The notes under the pieces are model-generated. The model was not told the origin of the DNA. It saw only the letters and a program-made list of their open reading frames with translations, and made no database searches. A DNA stretch of 64,000 bases from assembly GCA_963981035.1 (NCBI GenBank), contig CAXCCF010000005.1, positions 2,056 to 66,055 on the forward strand, written 5' to 3'. The position numbers were made by a program, and so were the translations under genes. The number at the start of each line of letters is the position of its first letter. Within the stretch, counting starts at the first letter, position 1. This DNA is from an uncultured euryarchaeote (GTDB lineage: Archaea > Thermoplasmatota > Poseidoniia > Poseidoniales > Poseidoniaceae). Below are positions 1 to 8,692 of the stretch, one piece after another.

Positions 1-797
1 TGCTTTTGGCCAGCACCAGCGCCACGCATTGCTCTAAGCATATCTTGAATGGAATGCAAGCAACGTAGTGAAACGATGTAAAAGTGGTGAGCCTTGTCTG
101 CTTCTTTCTTTGAAGTTCTCAAGCCTCGATGTGCAGTTTCTGCCAGTTCTCTTTGACGGTCAACTTCGGAGTTCCAAAGAAGCATTAGTTCGTGTGCTTC
201 TTGAGCCGCAGTTGCAGCCTGTTGAACTTCTTCGTGTGCAATTTCTTGCAGTGCCATTGCTTCTTGTATTGCGGCTCGAGAATCCTTCAAATCAGTGTTA
301 GATTCTTCAGCAACCTTTAGTTTCTTTATCTGAGCAGAGATATCTTTCATTCTCTTCATTACCTTTGTTTCATTGTTTCCGGTGTGCCTTCCTTGCTCAA
401 ACTCATTTTCAAGTCTGTACAGTTCTTTTCTAAGTGATGGAATAGTTGCAGGTCTCTTTTCCCATTTCTTTCTGCCGCCTTGTTGTTCTCTCGGCGCAGG
501 TGCTTCTGGACCTTTTGCACTGTCAAATGCTAATTTTGCAGCCTTCACTGCATCACTGGCAGCAGAACGTGCAGACTTCTTTTCACGAACGATTTCGTTC
601 ATTTGTTCACGAATTTCTCTCTGTTCTCTGACTTGAACAATTAATTCTCTTACTTCGGCATTCAACTCGTTACGAACTGTGGTATGAGATTTGGTTTTTT
701 CATTCCATTCATCACGGGTAGTTCGGTATTGTGTAGCTTTGTTATCTACTAGTTTTCTACGTTCTTCGAGTTGAGTTTTGAAGTCTGACATTGTCAT
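1..797 (-). CDS. Archaeal coiled-coil protein, COG1340-like (C-terminus lies beyond the window edge)
   Basis: My own minus-strand translation is uninterrupted from ATG 797 to position 1 (MTMSDFKTQLEERRKLVDNKATQYRTTRDEWNEK...). AGGTG lies 3 nt upstream of ATG 797. Other in-frame ATGs are at 791, 872 and 890. The K/E/R/Q-rich heptad pattern is typical of the archaeal coiled-coil family. It is absent from the ORF track because no stop falls inside the window. Plus-strand ORFs 68-301 and 373-636 are its shadows. Confidence 0.7.
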   Translation of the reverse strand, partial: MTMSDFKTQLEERRKLVDNKATQYRTTRDEWNEKTKSHTTVRNELNAEVRELIVQVREQREIREQMNEIVREKKSARSAASDAVKAAKLAFDSAKGPEAPAPREQQGGRKKWEKRPATIPSLRKELYRLENEFEQGRHTGNNETKVMKRMKDISAQIKKLKVAEESNTDLKDSRAAIQEAMALQEIAHEEVQQAATAAQEAHELMLLWNSEVDRQRELAETAHRGLRTSKKEADKAHHFYIVSLRCLHSIQDMLRAMRGAGAGQK

Positions 798-1007
798 TCG
801 CACCTGTTCGGGGGGAAGATTCCCATCTTCTCGCCGACTCGCCCACTTTACTCCCCCATTTAACCCCTTCATTAGAGCCTTGACATCCATTATTGCTAAA
901 GACCATGCTGAAAGGGCTTTCAGCGAATTATTTTATCCTGCAAAATGAGAATATTATTTGTGATAATAGTTAAGGTGGGGGAGCACCTGTATACTACTGG
1001 TGAGGAT

Positions 1008-1691
1008 ATGTTTTTAGGGTCAATACAAGGTTTTGAACGAGTACTTCAGAATGATGTTAATTCGCCGTACATTACATTGGTAACAGGCCCACCTGGCTCA
1101 ATGAAGTCAAGTTTTTGTATGACTATGTTATCTAATCATCTCAATAGAACTGGTGAATTCGGATTATACTGTACAGTTGAAGAAAGTGTAGATTCACTCG
1201 TGCGTGGCTCTGCCAGTATGGGAATAAACATGCCAAATAATTTGCAGCTTACAGATTTCACCGAACTACGCAGGGAAAACGAAAATATGGATTATCTAAA
1301 ATTTACTAGAAGAATGATTGAGCATTTCAAGCAGCAACATGGTGAAAGATTTACTACTTTTGTACTTGATTCTCTAGGTGCAATATATTCATTGACTTCT
1401 GTAGACCAAGTAATGCGTAAGAAAATGTTTGGCTTCTTTGATTTCTTGCGAAGCATGGATCTCAATGTATTCATCATCACTGAGAGAAATGTCGGCTCAC
1501 ATGCTGAACTACAGGGTAATGAAGGATTCTTGGCTGATGCTGTAATCAATTTGGGAATGGATCAAAGAAATGGTAAACTGATCAGAACTTTACAAATTGA
1601 GAAAATGCGTCATTGCCGCCATGCCATGGAAAAGATGGCTATTGATGTGGGGCAAAATGGAATGGTCATTCTTGGCCCGCTATTTGACTAA
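1008..1691 (+). CDS. KaiC/RecA-superfamily ATPase (single-domain, COG0467-like)
   Basis: Walker A is GPPGSMKS and the Walker B-like strand is TTFVLDSLG. The N-terminus IQGFERVL resembles the KaiC/RadA-like GxxGxDxxL entry motif. The ORF opens at 945, but the domain boundary and a GGTGAGGA motif favour ATG 1008. Confidence 0.65.
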   Translation: MFLGSIQGFERVLQNDVNSPYITLVTGPPGSMKSSFCMTMLSNHLNRTGEFGLYCTVEESVDSLVRGSASMGINMPNNLQLTDFTELRRENENMDYLKFTRRMIEHFKQQHGERFTTFVLDSLGAIYSLTSVDQVMRKKMFGFFDFLRSMDLNVFIITERNVGSHAELQGNEGFLADAVINLGMDQRNGKLIRTLQIEKMRHCRHAMEKMAIDVGQNGMVILGPLFD

Positions 1692-1693
1692 AA

Positions 1694-2068
1694 TCATATT
1701 TGAAGTGCATTCAGTTCCTCTACTGCCTTTGCTAATGATTTTCTTATTAGGCCTAAGTTACACGATGGTTGTAACTTTACTACCAACAAATTATTTTTCT
1801 CTAAACGATTTGCAATCAATATCGCATTTTGTGATGTTATAGTTACCGATTGACTCTCCGGAGTATGTTCTAATACACCGATAATAGAGGAGAAATCGAG
1901 ATTTTGTTCAGAACTCTTCGCCACTGTAACTAGTCCATCTTGGTCCAATAACTGCGCACTGACAACTCCGTTTGAATTTTGCAACTCAGTAAGAATCCTT
2001 TGTTCCACATTTACTGCAGAAATGACAGGGGCATAACCTTTGAGATGTAATATTGACATTATTGGCAC
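1694..2068 (-). CDS. Roadblock/LC7 (MglB-like) domain protein
   Basis: The 124-aa product has the pattern NGVVSAQLLDQDGLVTV...SVTITSQNAILIANRLEKNNLLVVKLQPSCNLGLIRKSL, which matches the Roadblock/LC7 alpha-beta-alpha layout. Its start lies 3 nt after the upstream GNAT stop. Confidence 0.55.
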   Translation of the reverse strand: MPIMSILHLKGYAPVISAVNVEQRILTELQNSNGVVSAQLLDQDGLVTVAKSSEQNLDFSSIIGVLEHTPESQSVTITSQNAILIANRLEKNNLLVVKLQPSCNLGLIRKSLAKAVEELNALQI

Positions 2069-2071
2069 ATT

Positions 2072-2569
2072 TCAATATTTTTTCAAATCGCCACGCATCA
2101 TATATCCCAGTCCGCTAGAATAGTATCCCTTGAGTTCATTCATTATTACAAGGCCTCTTTTTCTATAGAATTCTTGCCCCCTAATATTTGATGCCTTCAC
2201 TTCTAATTGCACTTTACGATATCCTGCATTCAATGCACAATCAACGAAATGATTCCAAGCAAGGCTGCCTAATCCTTTACTTTGCAATTCTGAGCAAATA
2301 GAAAATGCTGCGACTCTGACAATGTCATCTTTGAATGGTGTGGACCAAAATAATCCCTTTAGACACTTAGCATTTGTATAATCAGTTCCTTCAAGCAGCA
2401 ATAAGTTGCCACCCCATTTTGGGATATTAAGATTTGAAACAGAAGCACTGGAATATTGTTCTCCATTTTCATTCAAAAATAGTTCCAAAACTTCATTTTT
2501 CCACTCAGAACTCAAGTTCTTTGGTTCTGGTCCTAACATCCATTGGATGCCATCTTGCACAATTATCAC
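2072..2569 (-). CDS. GNAT family N-acetyltransferase (RimI/Ard1-like)
   Basis: Acetyl-CoA binding motif A is QSKGLGSLAWNHFVDCALNAGYRKVQLEVKASNIRGQEFYRKRGL. The size, 165 aa, fits the family. Its start overlaps the upstream stop by 4 nt (ATGA). Confidence 0.8.
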   Translation of the reverse strand: MIIVQDGIQWMLGPEPKNLSSEWKNEVLELFLNENGEQYSSASVSNLNIPKWGGNLLLLEGTDYTNAKCLKGLFWSTPFKDDIVRVAAFSICSELQSKGLGSLAWNHFVDCALNAGYRKVQLEVKASNIRGQEFYRKRGLVIMNELKGYYSSGLGYMMRGDLKKY

Positions 2570-4587
2570 TCCTTACGGGAATTTTTTGAACGGCTTCTCG
2601 TCCCTCTATGGGCTGTTAAGTCTCTAGCAGAGTTGCTTCTTTTTGCACGAGAGTATTTTTTCTTAGGAGAATGCTTGTTTTGTTTTTCAGTTTCTGTAAA
2701 AATACTTCCTTTACTCAACAGGATATTTAGTTCGGACAACGACAAACCTTCTCCAGATTCCATTTTGGACTGCACTTTGGCAATGTCTTTCTTGCTAAAT
2801 GTCTTATAATTAGACTTGTTAAAATTCTTAGAGTATGATTTTATGGAATACTGCTTCTTGATAGATTCACTATGTTTCAGCCACGACTTTAATCGGCCTA
2901 ATTCTCTCTTTATTTTCCTTTTTTCAAGGTTAAGTTCTTCAAGATAGCGAGTAATCAAGTTTGAACTGCTGAAAAATGTATCAGAATTATTTTCTTTCGA
3001 AATATTATTTTTTATTGCTGAGGCTGAATCAGTTGATGTTGATAATTCTGAATTATTCTGATTCTTTACAAGTTCTATAAATTGGCCATGTAATTTGTCT
3101 GCTTCACGTGCCTTAGGTAACATTTCTTGCAGTTCAAAGAACAATGAGAAATCATTTTCTTCTGTGAGAATTGAAGGGACTCTAAAGATGTCAACTTCGC
3201 CGGTTAAGCGTTCGTAAATTCTTGACAACTCCTCTTCGATTCTATAGGTGGGGATTAGTATTTTCTTCTGTATTTCATCGCGCAATGTTGCGATTTCAGG
3301 GATTTTCTGCACCTTCTTCCTCTCTTCTAGACAAATAATGATTTTATTTTCTACTTCCTCCAATTGGGTAGTATTGATCTTGATTGAAGCATTTACTTCT
3401 TCCTTTCCTTTGCCTCTAAGGTCGTGGAATAAATCTAATTGTTTGTCCGAAACATGAGTTTCAGGATTTCTCAATTCACACAATTGTTGCCAGGAATCAC
3501 CATTACAAATACCAAACCACATACGAAGTATTTCTTCGTGAATATCCATTACCCCTTCTGCCCGAAGAACCGTACTTAGGTCTCTCTTCAAATCAAATGG
3601 GTCTTCAATTGGTAAACTATGTTTGCCGACTCTTTTTGATTCATCATTGATAATGATATCAATTGCAGTTGGGTCGTGCTCAATCCAGTTCTTTTCATCT
3701 CTAGAAAGAGGTGCCCCATTTCTAATGGAACATATGTCATTGGCCCAGTCCCAATTAGCAAATGTTTCAAAAAAGTGCACGATAATTTCTCCAAGTGTTT
3801 GCTGATTTTGTTGCTTTAGTAAATTCTTTGGATTTGGATGAATTGTAACATCGTATTCATCGCCTTCAACATTCTGAATGTTTCGTTTTTTACCAGATTG
3901 AACATTTGCGACCAAAGGCGGTGTAGTCATTTGCATTGATTGAATGCTCATCAGAGACCACGAATATGAGGATAAAGTCCCTGCAGGGGCATCGCTGACA
4001 TCTCGACACATCGCCCAATATTTTATCGCTAAAATTGCTTGCGAAACTCTTGCATCTTGCATAGAATACGTCTTGAGTAATTGAGTATTATGTAGTGCAA
4101 GTGTATTGTTTACTGATATGTCTAAGGGTATTCCTGTTTTGGCATCTCTGCATTTCACGATAGGTACCTTCGCATGTGGAATTACCACAATATCTACAAA
4201 GTCATATTGTCTTAGTAATTTGCCGATTTTATTGAAAATCTTCTTCGGAACTGTGCCCGATATTTGCAAGCATAAATCAAGGTCTCCTTGAGCTAATGAC
4301 AATCCAGTAACTGATGAACCGAATTTGTCTAATGTGCTTCCTGGGAAGCGAGATTCCAACAACTGTTTCAAGAATTTGAATAATTTTGTCCGGCTTTTGT
4401 CTTTCTTATTGTGTTCAAGTTGCTTGCGCAACATTTCAGTGACATCATCATTTAGTCTGGCAAGGGCTTCTTGAGGAATTTCCGCAGCCGTTGGAAATTC
4501 TAACTCACCGATTAATGCATTATGCAGATTTGGCCAGCGCCCCTGCTGCTCTGCAGTAAATTGAGTAATCGGGCAGATGTCAGCCAT
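2566..4587 (-). CDS. Cid1/GLD-2/TUTase-type terminal nucleotidyltransferase with C-terminal coiled-coil and Lys/Arg/Ser-rich tail
   Basis: The Pol-beta NTase signature is FGSSVTGLSLAQGDLDLCL. The third catalytic Asp lies in AKVPIVKCRDAKTGIPLDISVNN. The nucleotide-recognition motif is KYWAMCRDVSDAPAGTLSSYSWSLMSIQ. PAP-associated-like segments are LGEIIVHFFETFANWDW and LPIEDPFDLKRDLS. The C-terminal ~270 aa are heptad-rich and end in a basic tail. Confidence 0.8.
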   Translation of the reverse strand: MADICPITQFTAEQQGRWPNLHNALIGELEFPTAAEIPQEALARLNDDVTEMLRKQLEHNKKDKSRTKLFKFLKQLLESRFPGSTLDKFGSSVTGLSLAQGDLDLCLQISGTVPKKIFNKIGKLLRQYDFVDIVVIPHAKVPIVKCRDAKTGIPLDISVNNTLALHNTQLLKTYSMQDARVSQAILAIKYWAMCRDVSDAPAGTLSSYSWSLMSIQSMQMTTPPLVANVQSGKKRNIQNVEGDEYDVTIHPNPKNLLKQQNQQTLGEIIVHFFETFANWDWANDICSIRNGAPLSRDEKNWIEHDPTAIDIIINDESKRVGKHSLPIEDPFDLKRDLSTVLRAEGVMDIHEEILRMWFGICNGDSWQQLCELRNPETHVSDKQLDLFHDLRGKGKEEVNASIKINTTQLEEVENKIIICLEERKKVQKIPEIATLRDEIQKKILIPTYRIEEELSRIYERLTGEVDIFRVPSILTEENDFSLFFELQEMLPKAREADKLHGQFIELVKNQNNSELSTSTDSASAIKNNISKENNSDTFFSSSNLITRYLEELNLEKRKIKRELGRLKSWLKHSESIKKQYSIKSYSKNFNKSNYKTFSKKDIAKVQSKMESGEGLSLSELNILLSKGSIFTETEKQNKHSPKKKYSRAKRSNSARDLTAHRGTRSRSKNSRKE

Positions 4588-5352
4588 TCAAATCTCTCCG
4601 CCCTTGTTATTTTGTGATGCTTTTGTCTTGTTCATCTTTGATATCGCAGGGGTTGAATATTCACCTTCTCGCACTCTCTTGGCATTTACCAATAATCTAT
4701 CCAATCCTTTGTCAATCAATTGTTGCCAGTGTTCAATTCCTCTTTCGCTGTAATCAAGTGCTTGGCTGAGCAGAGCAGTACGCGAGTCTGCCCTCCTTCT
4801 CATCGCTTCATTTTCGAGATAAGTATTACTGAATTTTTCTTTGGCATCCTGCAAGGGTAATAGTTCATCATGCGAAAGTATTGATGCCGAAATCTCATTC
4901 AATGTGTCATTATGGTGTGATTCAAATTGTTCATCTGAACTATTTTTACCACTAAACTGATTGAAAGTTTCAGTTGTTAGATCTTTCATTTGGTCTAGGA
5001 CAATCCTTTGTTGATGATTATTTTCATTGGACTCTTTGTATATTTGCATCAATGAGAGAAATTCTTTTTTGGATTCTTCAGCAACAGCATCTTCAATAAA
5101 TTCACACATGCTTGAAAATAACTGGCTTGCTTTATTTTGAGATTGTAAACAATTGTCTAATATTTCGTTAATTTGCTTGTCAAAACCATCGCGGTTTTCT
5201 TTAGCAGTTCTGGTCAATGGTACTGCGACATCTAACTCTTCTTGACGAGCATCCAACTGTTCAGGAATCGCCTGCGCTAACCTCTCTCGACGATGCAAGA
5301 TGGCCCGAGCCAACAAGTCTGGGGTAATTTCCAGCAACTCGTCAGGTGTCAT
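4588..5352 (-). CDS. Hypothetical alpha-helical protein (first gene of the NTase operon)
   Basis: A 254-aa ORF with no motif I recognise, and composition consistent with long helices. Its stop directly abuts the NTase start codon with a 0-nt gap. Confidence 0.55.
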   Translation of the reverse strand: MTPDELLEITPDLLARAILHRRERLAQAIPEQLDARQEELDVAVPLTRTAKENRDGFDKQINEILDNCLQSQNKASQLFSSMCEFIEDAVAEESKKEFLSLMQIYKESNENNHQQRIVLDQMKDLTTETFNQFSGKNSSDEQFESHHNDTLNEISASILSHDELLPLQDAKEKFSNTYLENEAMRRRADSRTALLSQALDYSERGIEHWQQLIDKGLDRLLVNAKRVREGEYSTPAISKMNKTKASQNNKGGEI

Positions 5353-5445
5353 ACATTCTTGGGCGAACTTTCAACATGGGATAAACATGGCGCAAGGTCA
5401 TCTTTTGGCGTGAAGGTGAAGAACCCCTTTCGCATAGGTGGTAAC

Positions 5446-7950
5446 ATGGGGGAGTACAAAACATCATCAAACACGATGTCATACCTTGTATGTTCTCTTC
5501 TTATCACCGTCATTATTGCGCCCATAGTTTCTGCATCTGGTGGAGGCGCAGTGATTGATGTAAGTAGTATTCAACTTGATGAAATGGGTACCTTCGAGGA
5601 TAGTGAATTGAATGTCCCATTTACCATAGTAGAGCAAAGTGGCATTGATGCAGATGTAGAAGTTAATGTCATCATTTCTTCACTTGAAGGTGTTGAAATC
5701 CACAATCAATCAACAAATTATACTATTTTGGCATCTGGCAGTACACCAATCAATTACACATTTGCAAACATGCCGTTTGGTTTTTCTAACCTTGTTGTTA
5801 CAATGAGTGGTGATACTGGGACAGTAGATTCAAACTATGTCACGCAATTTAATCGTACAATTCAACGTCTGCGCCCTGCACTATTGTCCATTGAAGAAGT
5901 TTCAATAATTCCGGTTGATTTTATGGGTACTCCAACGGGTAATGAAAGCATTAGAGATGGAGATTATGTGATGATTAGTGCTGAAATAGAAAATCTTGGC
6001 GATATTCAATGGTCAAGCGATATCAACGTTGATATTATTGATCAAGATTTGTTTGAGACGCACGTAACACCGGCGACCTTTAATGCAGCGTCAACAACAA
6101 TAATACAAACTTACTCTTCTTCACAGTTTACCGAAAGTAGTACAAATATTAGTTCTCATATTTCGGTAAATGTTACAGTATCAGTTCCCCCTCCTTCTCA
6201 AAATGAACTATTCCAAGTCGGTACATTTGAGGTTGGTCCACCGCCTTTAGCGAGAATAGACATGGAACTATTGCATCTTAATTCTGAAGTAAATGCGGGA
6301 GGGGTTGCAATGTGGAATCTCTCGGTAGCGAATAACGGAGAAAGAGATTTCAATGGAACAGTCACTTGTATTTTCACTGGAGGTGAAGTTGAATATTCTA
6401 GTACAATAGGACTTTCACCAAACAATAGCATTACGATTTCAATAAGCGCATCAGCTCGTCCAGGCGTTCTTTCTTGTCAAACAGAAGGACAACGAATTTG
6501 GAATGATTCAATCAGCCCAGTTTACTCCACATTATCCATGACCGCTGCAGCATTTGAGGCAGCCGGATCAGCCACTCCTGCCACTTTGGGAGGTCCTTGG
6601 CATAAAGGTGATATTGCAACATTCTCAATGTTGGTGCGTAATCATGGCGATAGTGACGGGATGGTCCAATTACGTTGTGAAATAAATGGTGTAATCAGTT
6701 TGAGTGAACCACTTAATTTAGCCATTGATGCAGCAGGGGAAGTATCAGTTGCTATTCAAATGACTACTACAGGACAAAACCAAGTCAATTGGTCTTTAGT
6801 GTCTTCAGATGGTGCAATTGACTCTGGATTAGAAGGAATTATTCAAATTCCAGTTTCTGCCCAGCAAAGTATTGAGCCAAAGATAAACCTGGTAGAATGG
6901 GACTCGGCTGAAGGGATTTCTTTCACATGGCAAGTTGAACTTGATGTTGGAGTGGAAAGAGATATCCGTCTAAGGCTCGGTTTTGTTGCGGGTGGTTCAG
7001 AGAGTTATCCATATGATTCAGTAATCACAGTCTATCCGGGAATGACTGCCGGTCAATTTGATGTCGGGCATGTTGATGCGGATATGGTGGTAATAAGTAT
7101 TGATTCGATTAATTGGACACTAGGGCCTGGACCTACATCGGCAACAAAATCGGTACCATCTGAAAGACCGGTTTACTCGATTCAAATAAATCCACTTTCT
7201 ACACCAAGAGATCCAACCGCGGGTGATGAAACCAGCATTGTTGTGGAAATTTCTAATGACGGTGTCATTGATGGAATCTCCGGTCAACTCTTATTGGTTG
7301 ATGCAAGTGGAAACTTATTGGCTCAGAGCGATACTGATATTTTGCTATCAGGAGATTCAGAAGGAGTAATTCTCAGTATTGTTTGGCCATCTGGCGCTGA
7401 TGTAAAATTAACTGCAAAATGGAGTATTGGACAAGAAATAATCACTTCAAGTCAATCATTTACATCAGGCACCAATGAAGCATCTACTCAGTCTTATGAG
7501 ATTCCTTGGATTGGTATGATTTCAGGTATTGCAATAGCAGGTGCGGTAATTCTCGCATTTAGGCTCAAGAATACCTCAAAAGAGGTTGTTCCAAAAAGTC
7601 ACAAAAACAAGAATAATACTTCAAAACCAAAGAAGAAATCATCAAAATCAAAATCTTCAACTTCAAGCAGCGACAGAAAGGTGCAAGTTGGGTGTCCTGA
7701 ATGTGCAAGACAATTACGTGTTCCAGCATCATATTCAGGTAAAGTGAGGTGCCCAGATTGCTCAAACCGTTTTGATGTGACATCGAGAGAAGAATCAGAT
7801 AAAGAAGATGAAATTGAAGAAATAATAGAGCAAGAAAAGAAAGAAATTGCTTGTCCAGATTGCGCTCAATCATTGAGAGTTCCTACTGATTATTCTGGTT
7901 CTGTTCGCTGTCCAGCCTGCAAGGTGGTATTCAGTGCAAATTCTGAATAA
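5446..7950 (+). CDS. Type I membrane surface protein with Ig/CARDB-like repeats and cytoplasmic tandem zinc ribbons
   Basis: A signal/anchor segment MSYLVCSLLITVIIAPIVSASGG follows ATG 5446. The ORF-track start at 5293 would overlap the divergent gene. The long Thr/Ser/Asn-rich ectodomain contains CARDB-like segments (e.g. GDIATFSMLVRNHGDSDG). A TM helix, IGMISGIAIAGAVILAF, is followed by a K/S-rich linker and two CPxC-N17-CPxC units. Confidence 0.8.
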   Translation: MGEYKTSSNTMSYLVCSLLITVIIAPIVSASGGGAVIDVSSIQLDEMGTFEDSELNVPFTIVEQSGIDADVEVNVIISSLEGVEIHNQSTNYTILASGSTPINYTFANMPFGFSNLVVTMSGDTGTVDSNYVTQFNRTIQRLRPALLSIEEVSIIPVDFMGTPTGNESIRDGDYVMISAEIENLGDIQWSSDINVDIIDQDLFETHVTPATFNAASTTIIQTYSSSQFTESSTNISSHISVNVTVSVPPPSQNELFQVGTFEVGPPPLARIDMELLHLNSEVNAGGVAMWNLSVANNGERDFNGTVTCIFTGGEVEYSSTIGLSPNNSITISISASARPGVLSCQTEGQRIWNDSISPVYSTLSMTAAAFEAAGSATPATLGGPWHKGDIATFSMLVRNHGDSDGMVQLRCEINGVISLSEPLNLAIDAAGEVSVAIQMTTTGQNQVNWSLVSSDGAIDSGLEGIIQIPVSAQQSIEPKINLVEWDSAEGISFTWQVELDVGVERDIRLRLGFVAGGSESYPYDSVITVYPGMTAGQFDVGHVDADMVVISIDSINWTLGPGPTSATKSVPSERPVYSIQINPLSTPRDPTAGDETSIVVEISNDGVIDGISGQLLLVDASGNLLAQSDTDILLSGDSEGVILSIVWPSGADVKLTAKWSIGQEIITSSQSFTSGTNEASTQSYEIPWIGMISGIAIAGAVILAFRLKNTSKEVVPKSHKNKNNTSKPKKKSSKSKSSTSSSDRKVQVGCPECARQLRVPASYSGKVRCPDCSNRFDVTSREESDKEDEIEEIIEQEKKEIACPDCAQSLRVPTDYSGSVRCPACKVVFSANSE

Positions 7951-7986
7951 GCAAGCATTGATGGGTATGAAGGAACTGGGATTGGT

Positions 7987-8643
7987 ATGGGTGGACATTT
8001 TCAAGAGTTTGAGGATGAATACTTAGAAGCAATGTACAGTTATTACGAAAATGATCCGGAATTGCTTGTTAGAACTGGAGAAATAGCTAGAACCCTACAA
8101 GTTTCACCGGCATCAGCAACAGAAATGATACAAAGATTAGCATCAAAGGGTTTGGTGAATTACATACCATACAAAGGCGCCAGTCTTACTGAACTAGGTC
8201 TTTCAGTGGGTATGCAGATGAAGAGAAGACATCGTTTGGCCGAGGTACTTTTGGAAAAATTACCATTTTTTGGTAATGTCCACGAAACCGCATGCAGACT
8301 AGAGCATGCAATTGATGATGATCTGGAAATAGCACTATCACTATTGTTGAACCAACCAAATATTGACCCCTCAGGAAGGCCAATTCCTCCTGCAAGAGAT
8401 GATTTAGCAACGGTAATTGAGACTCATGCAAGCGTATTACGTCCGATGAGTTCTATTTCCAACAATTGTGAAGGTGAGATTAGAATGATGGTCGTCAGTG
8501 AAACGGGTATGAAATCGTTATCAGATATTGGTGTTAGTATTGGTACTCATGTCAAGAAAATAAATGGACGATGGCAAACTTCCGAAGGGGCATATTTTGA
8601 GATATCTGAAAGATTAGCAGAAAAAATACTATTGCGTTGTTAA
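7987..8643 (+). CDS. DtxR/MntR-family metal-dependent transcriptional regulator with FeoA/SH3-like C-terminal domain
   Basis: The wHTH region is GEIARTLQVSPASATEMIQRLASKGLV. The dimerisation/metal-site region is RRHRLAEVLL...HETACRLEHAIDDDL. The 218-aa length is typical of the family. Confidence 0.85.
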   Translation: MGGHFQEFEDEYLEAMYSYYENDPELLVRTGEIARTLQVSPASATEMIQRLASKGLVNYIPYKGASLTELGLSVGMQMKRRHRLAEVLLEKLPFFGNVHETACRLEHAIDDDLEIALSLLLNQPNIDPSGRPIPPARDDLATVIETHASVLRPMSSISNNCEGEIRMMVVSETGMKSLSDIGVSIGTHVKKINGRWQTSEGAYFEISERLAEKILLRC

Positions 8644-8692
8644 GATGGAATTTCTGGTCAACAGTAAAAAGCAATAACCGCTCCCTATTGCT

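Noticed and set aside
68-636. Plus-strand ORFs 68-301 and 373-636 (Leu/Ser/Phe-rich)
   Set aside because: They lie antisense to a continuous, well-formed coiled-coil coding frame on the minus strand (1-797). Their composition is typical of shadow ORFs opposite K/E-rich genes.
2566-4587. Alternative reading of the NTase as a CBASS cGAS/DncV-like enzyme or a minimal-NTase toxin (MNT/AbiEii/MenT)
   Set aside because: The motif spacing, nucleotide-recognition motif and PAP-associated-type segments fit Cid1/TUTase enzymes. No effector, HEPN or antitoxin-like partner gene is adjacent. This remains to be confirmed by profile search.
5293-5445. 51-aa N-terminal extension of the 885-aa surface-protein ORF
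   Set aside because: It overlaps the start of the divergent gene ending at 5352. The signal-anchor sequence follows ATG 5446 directly.
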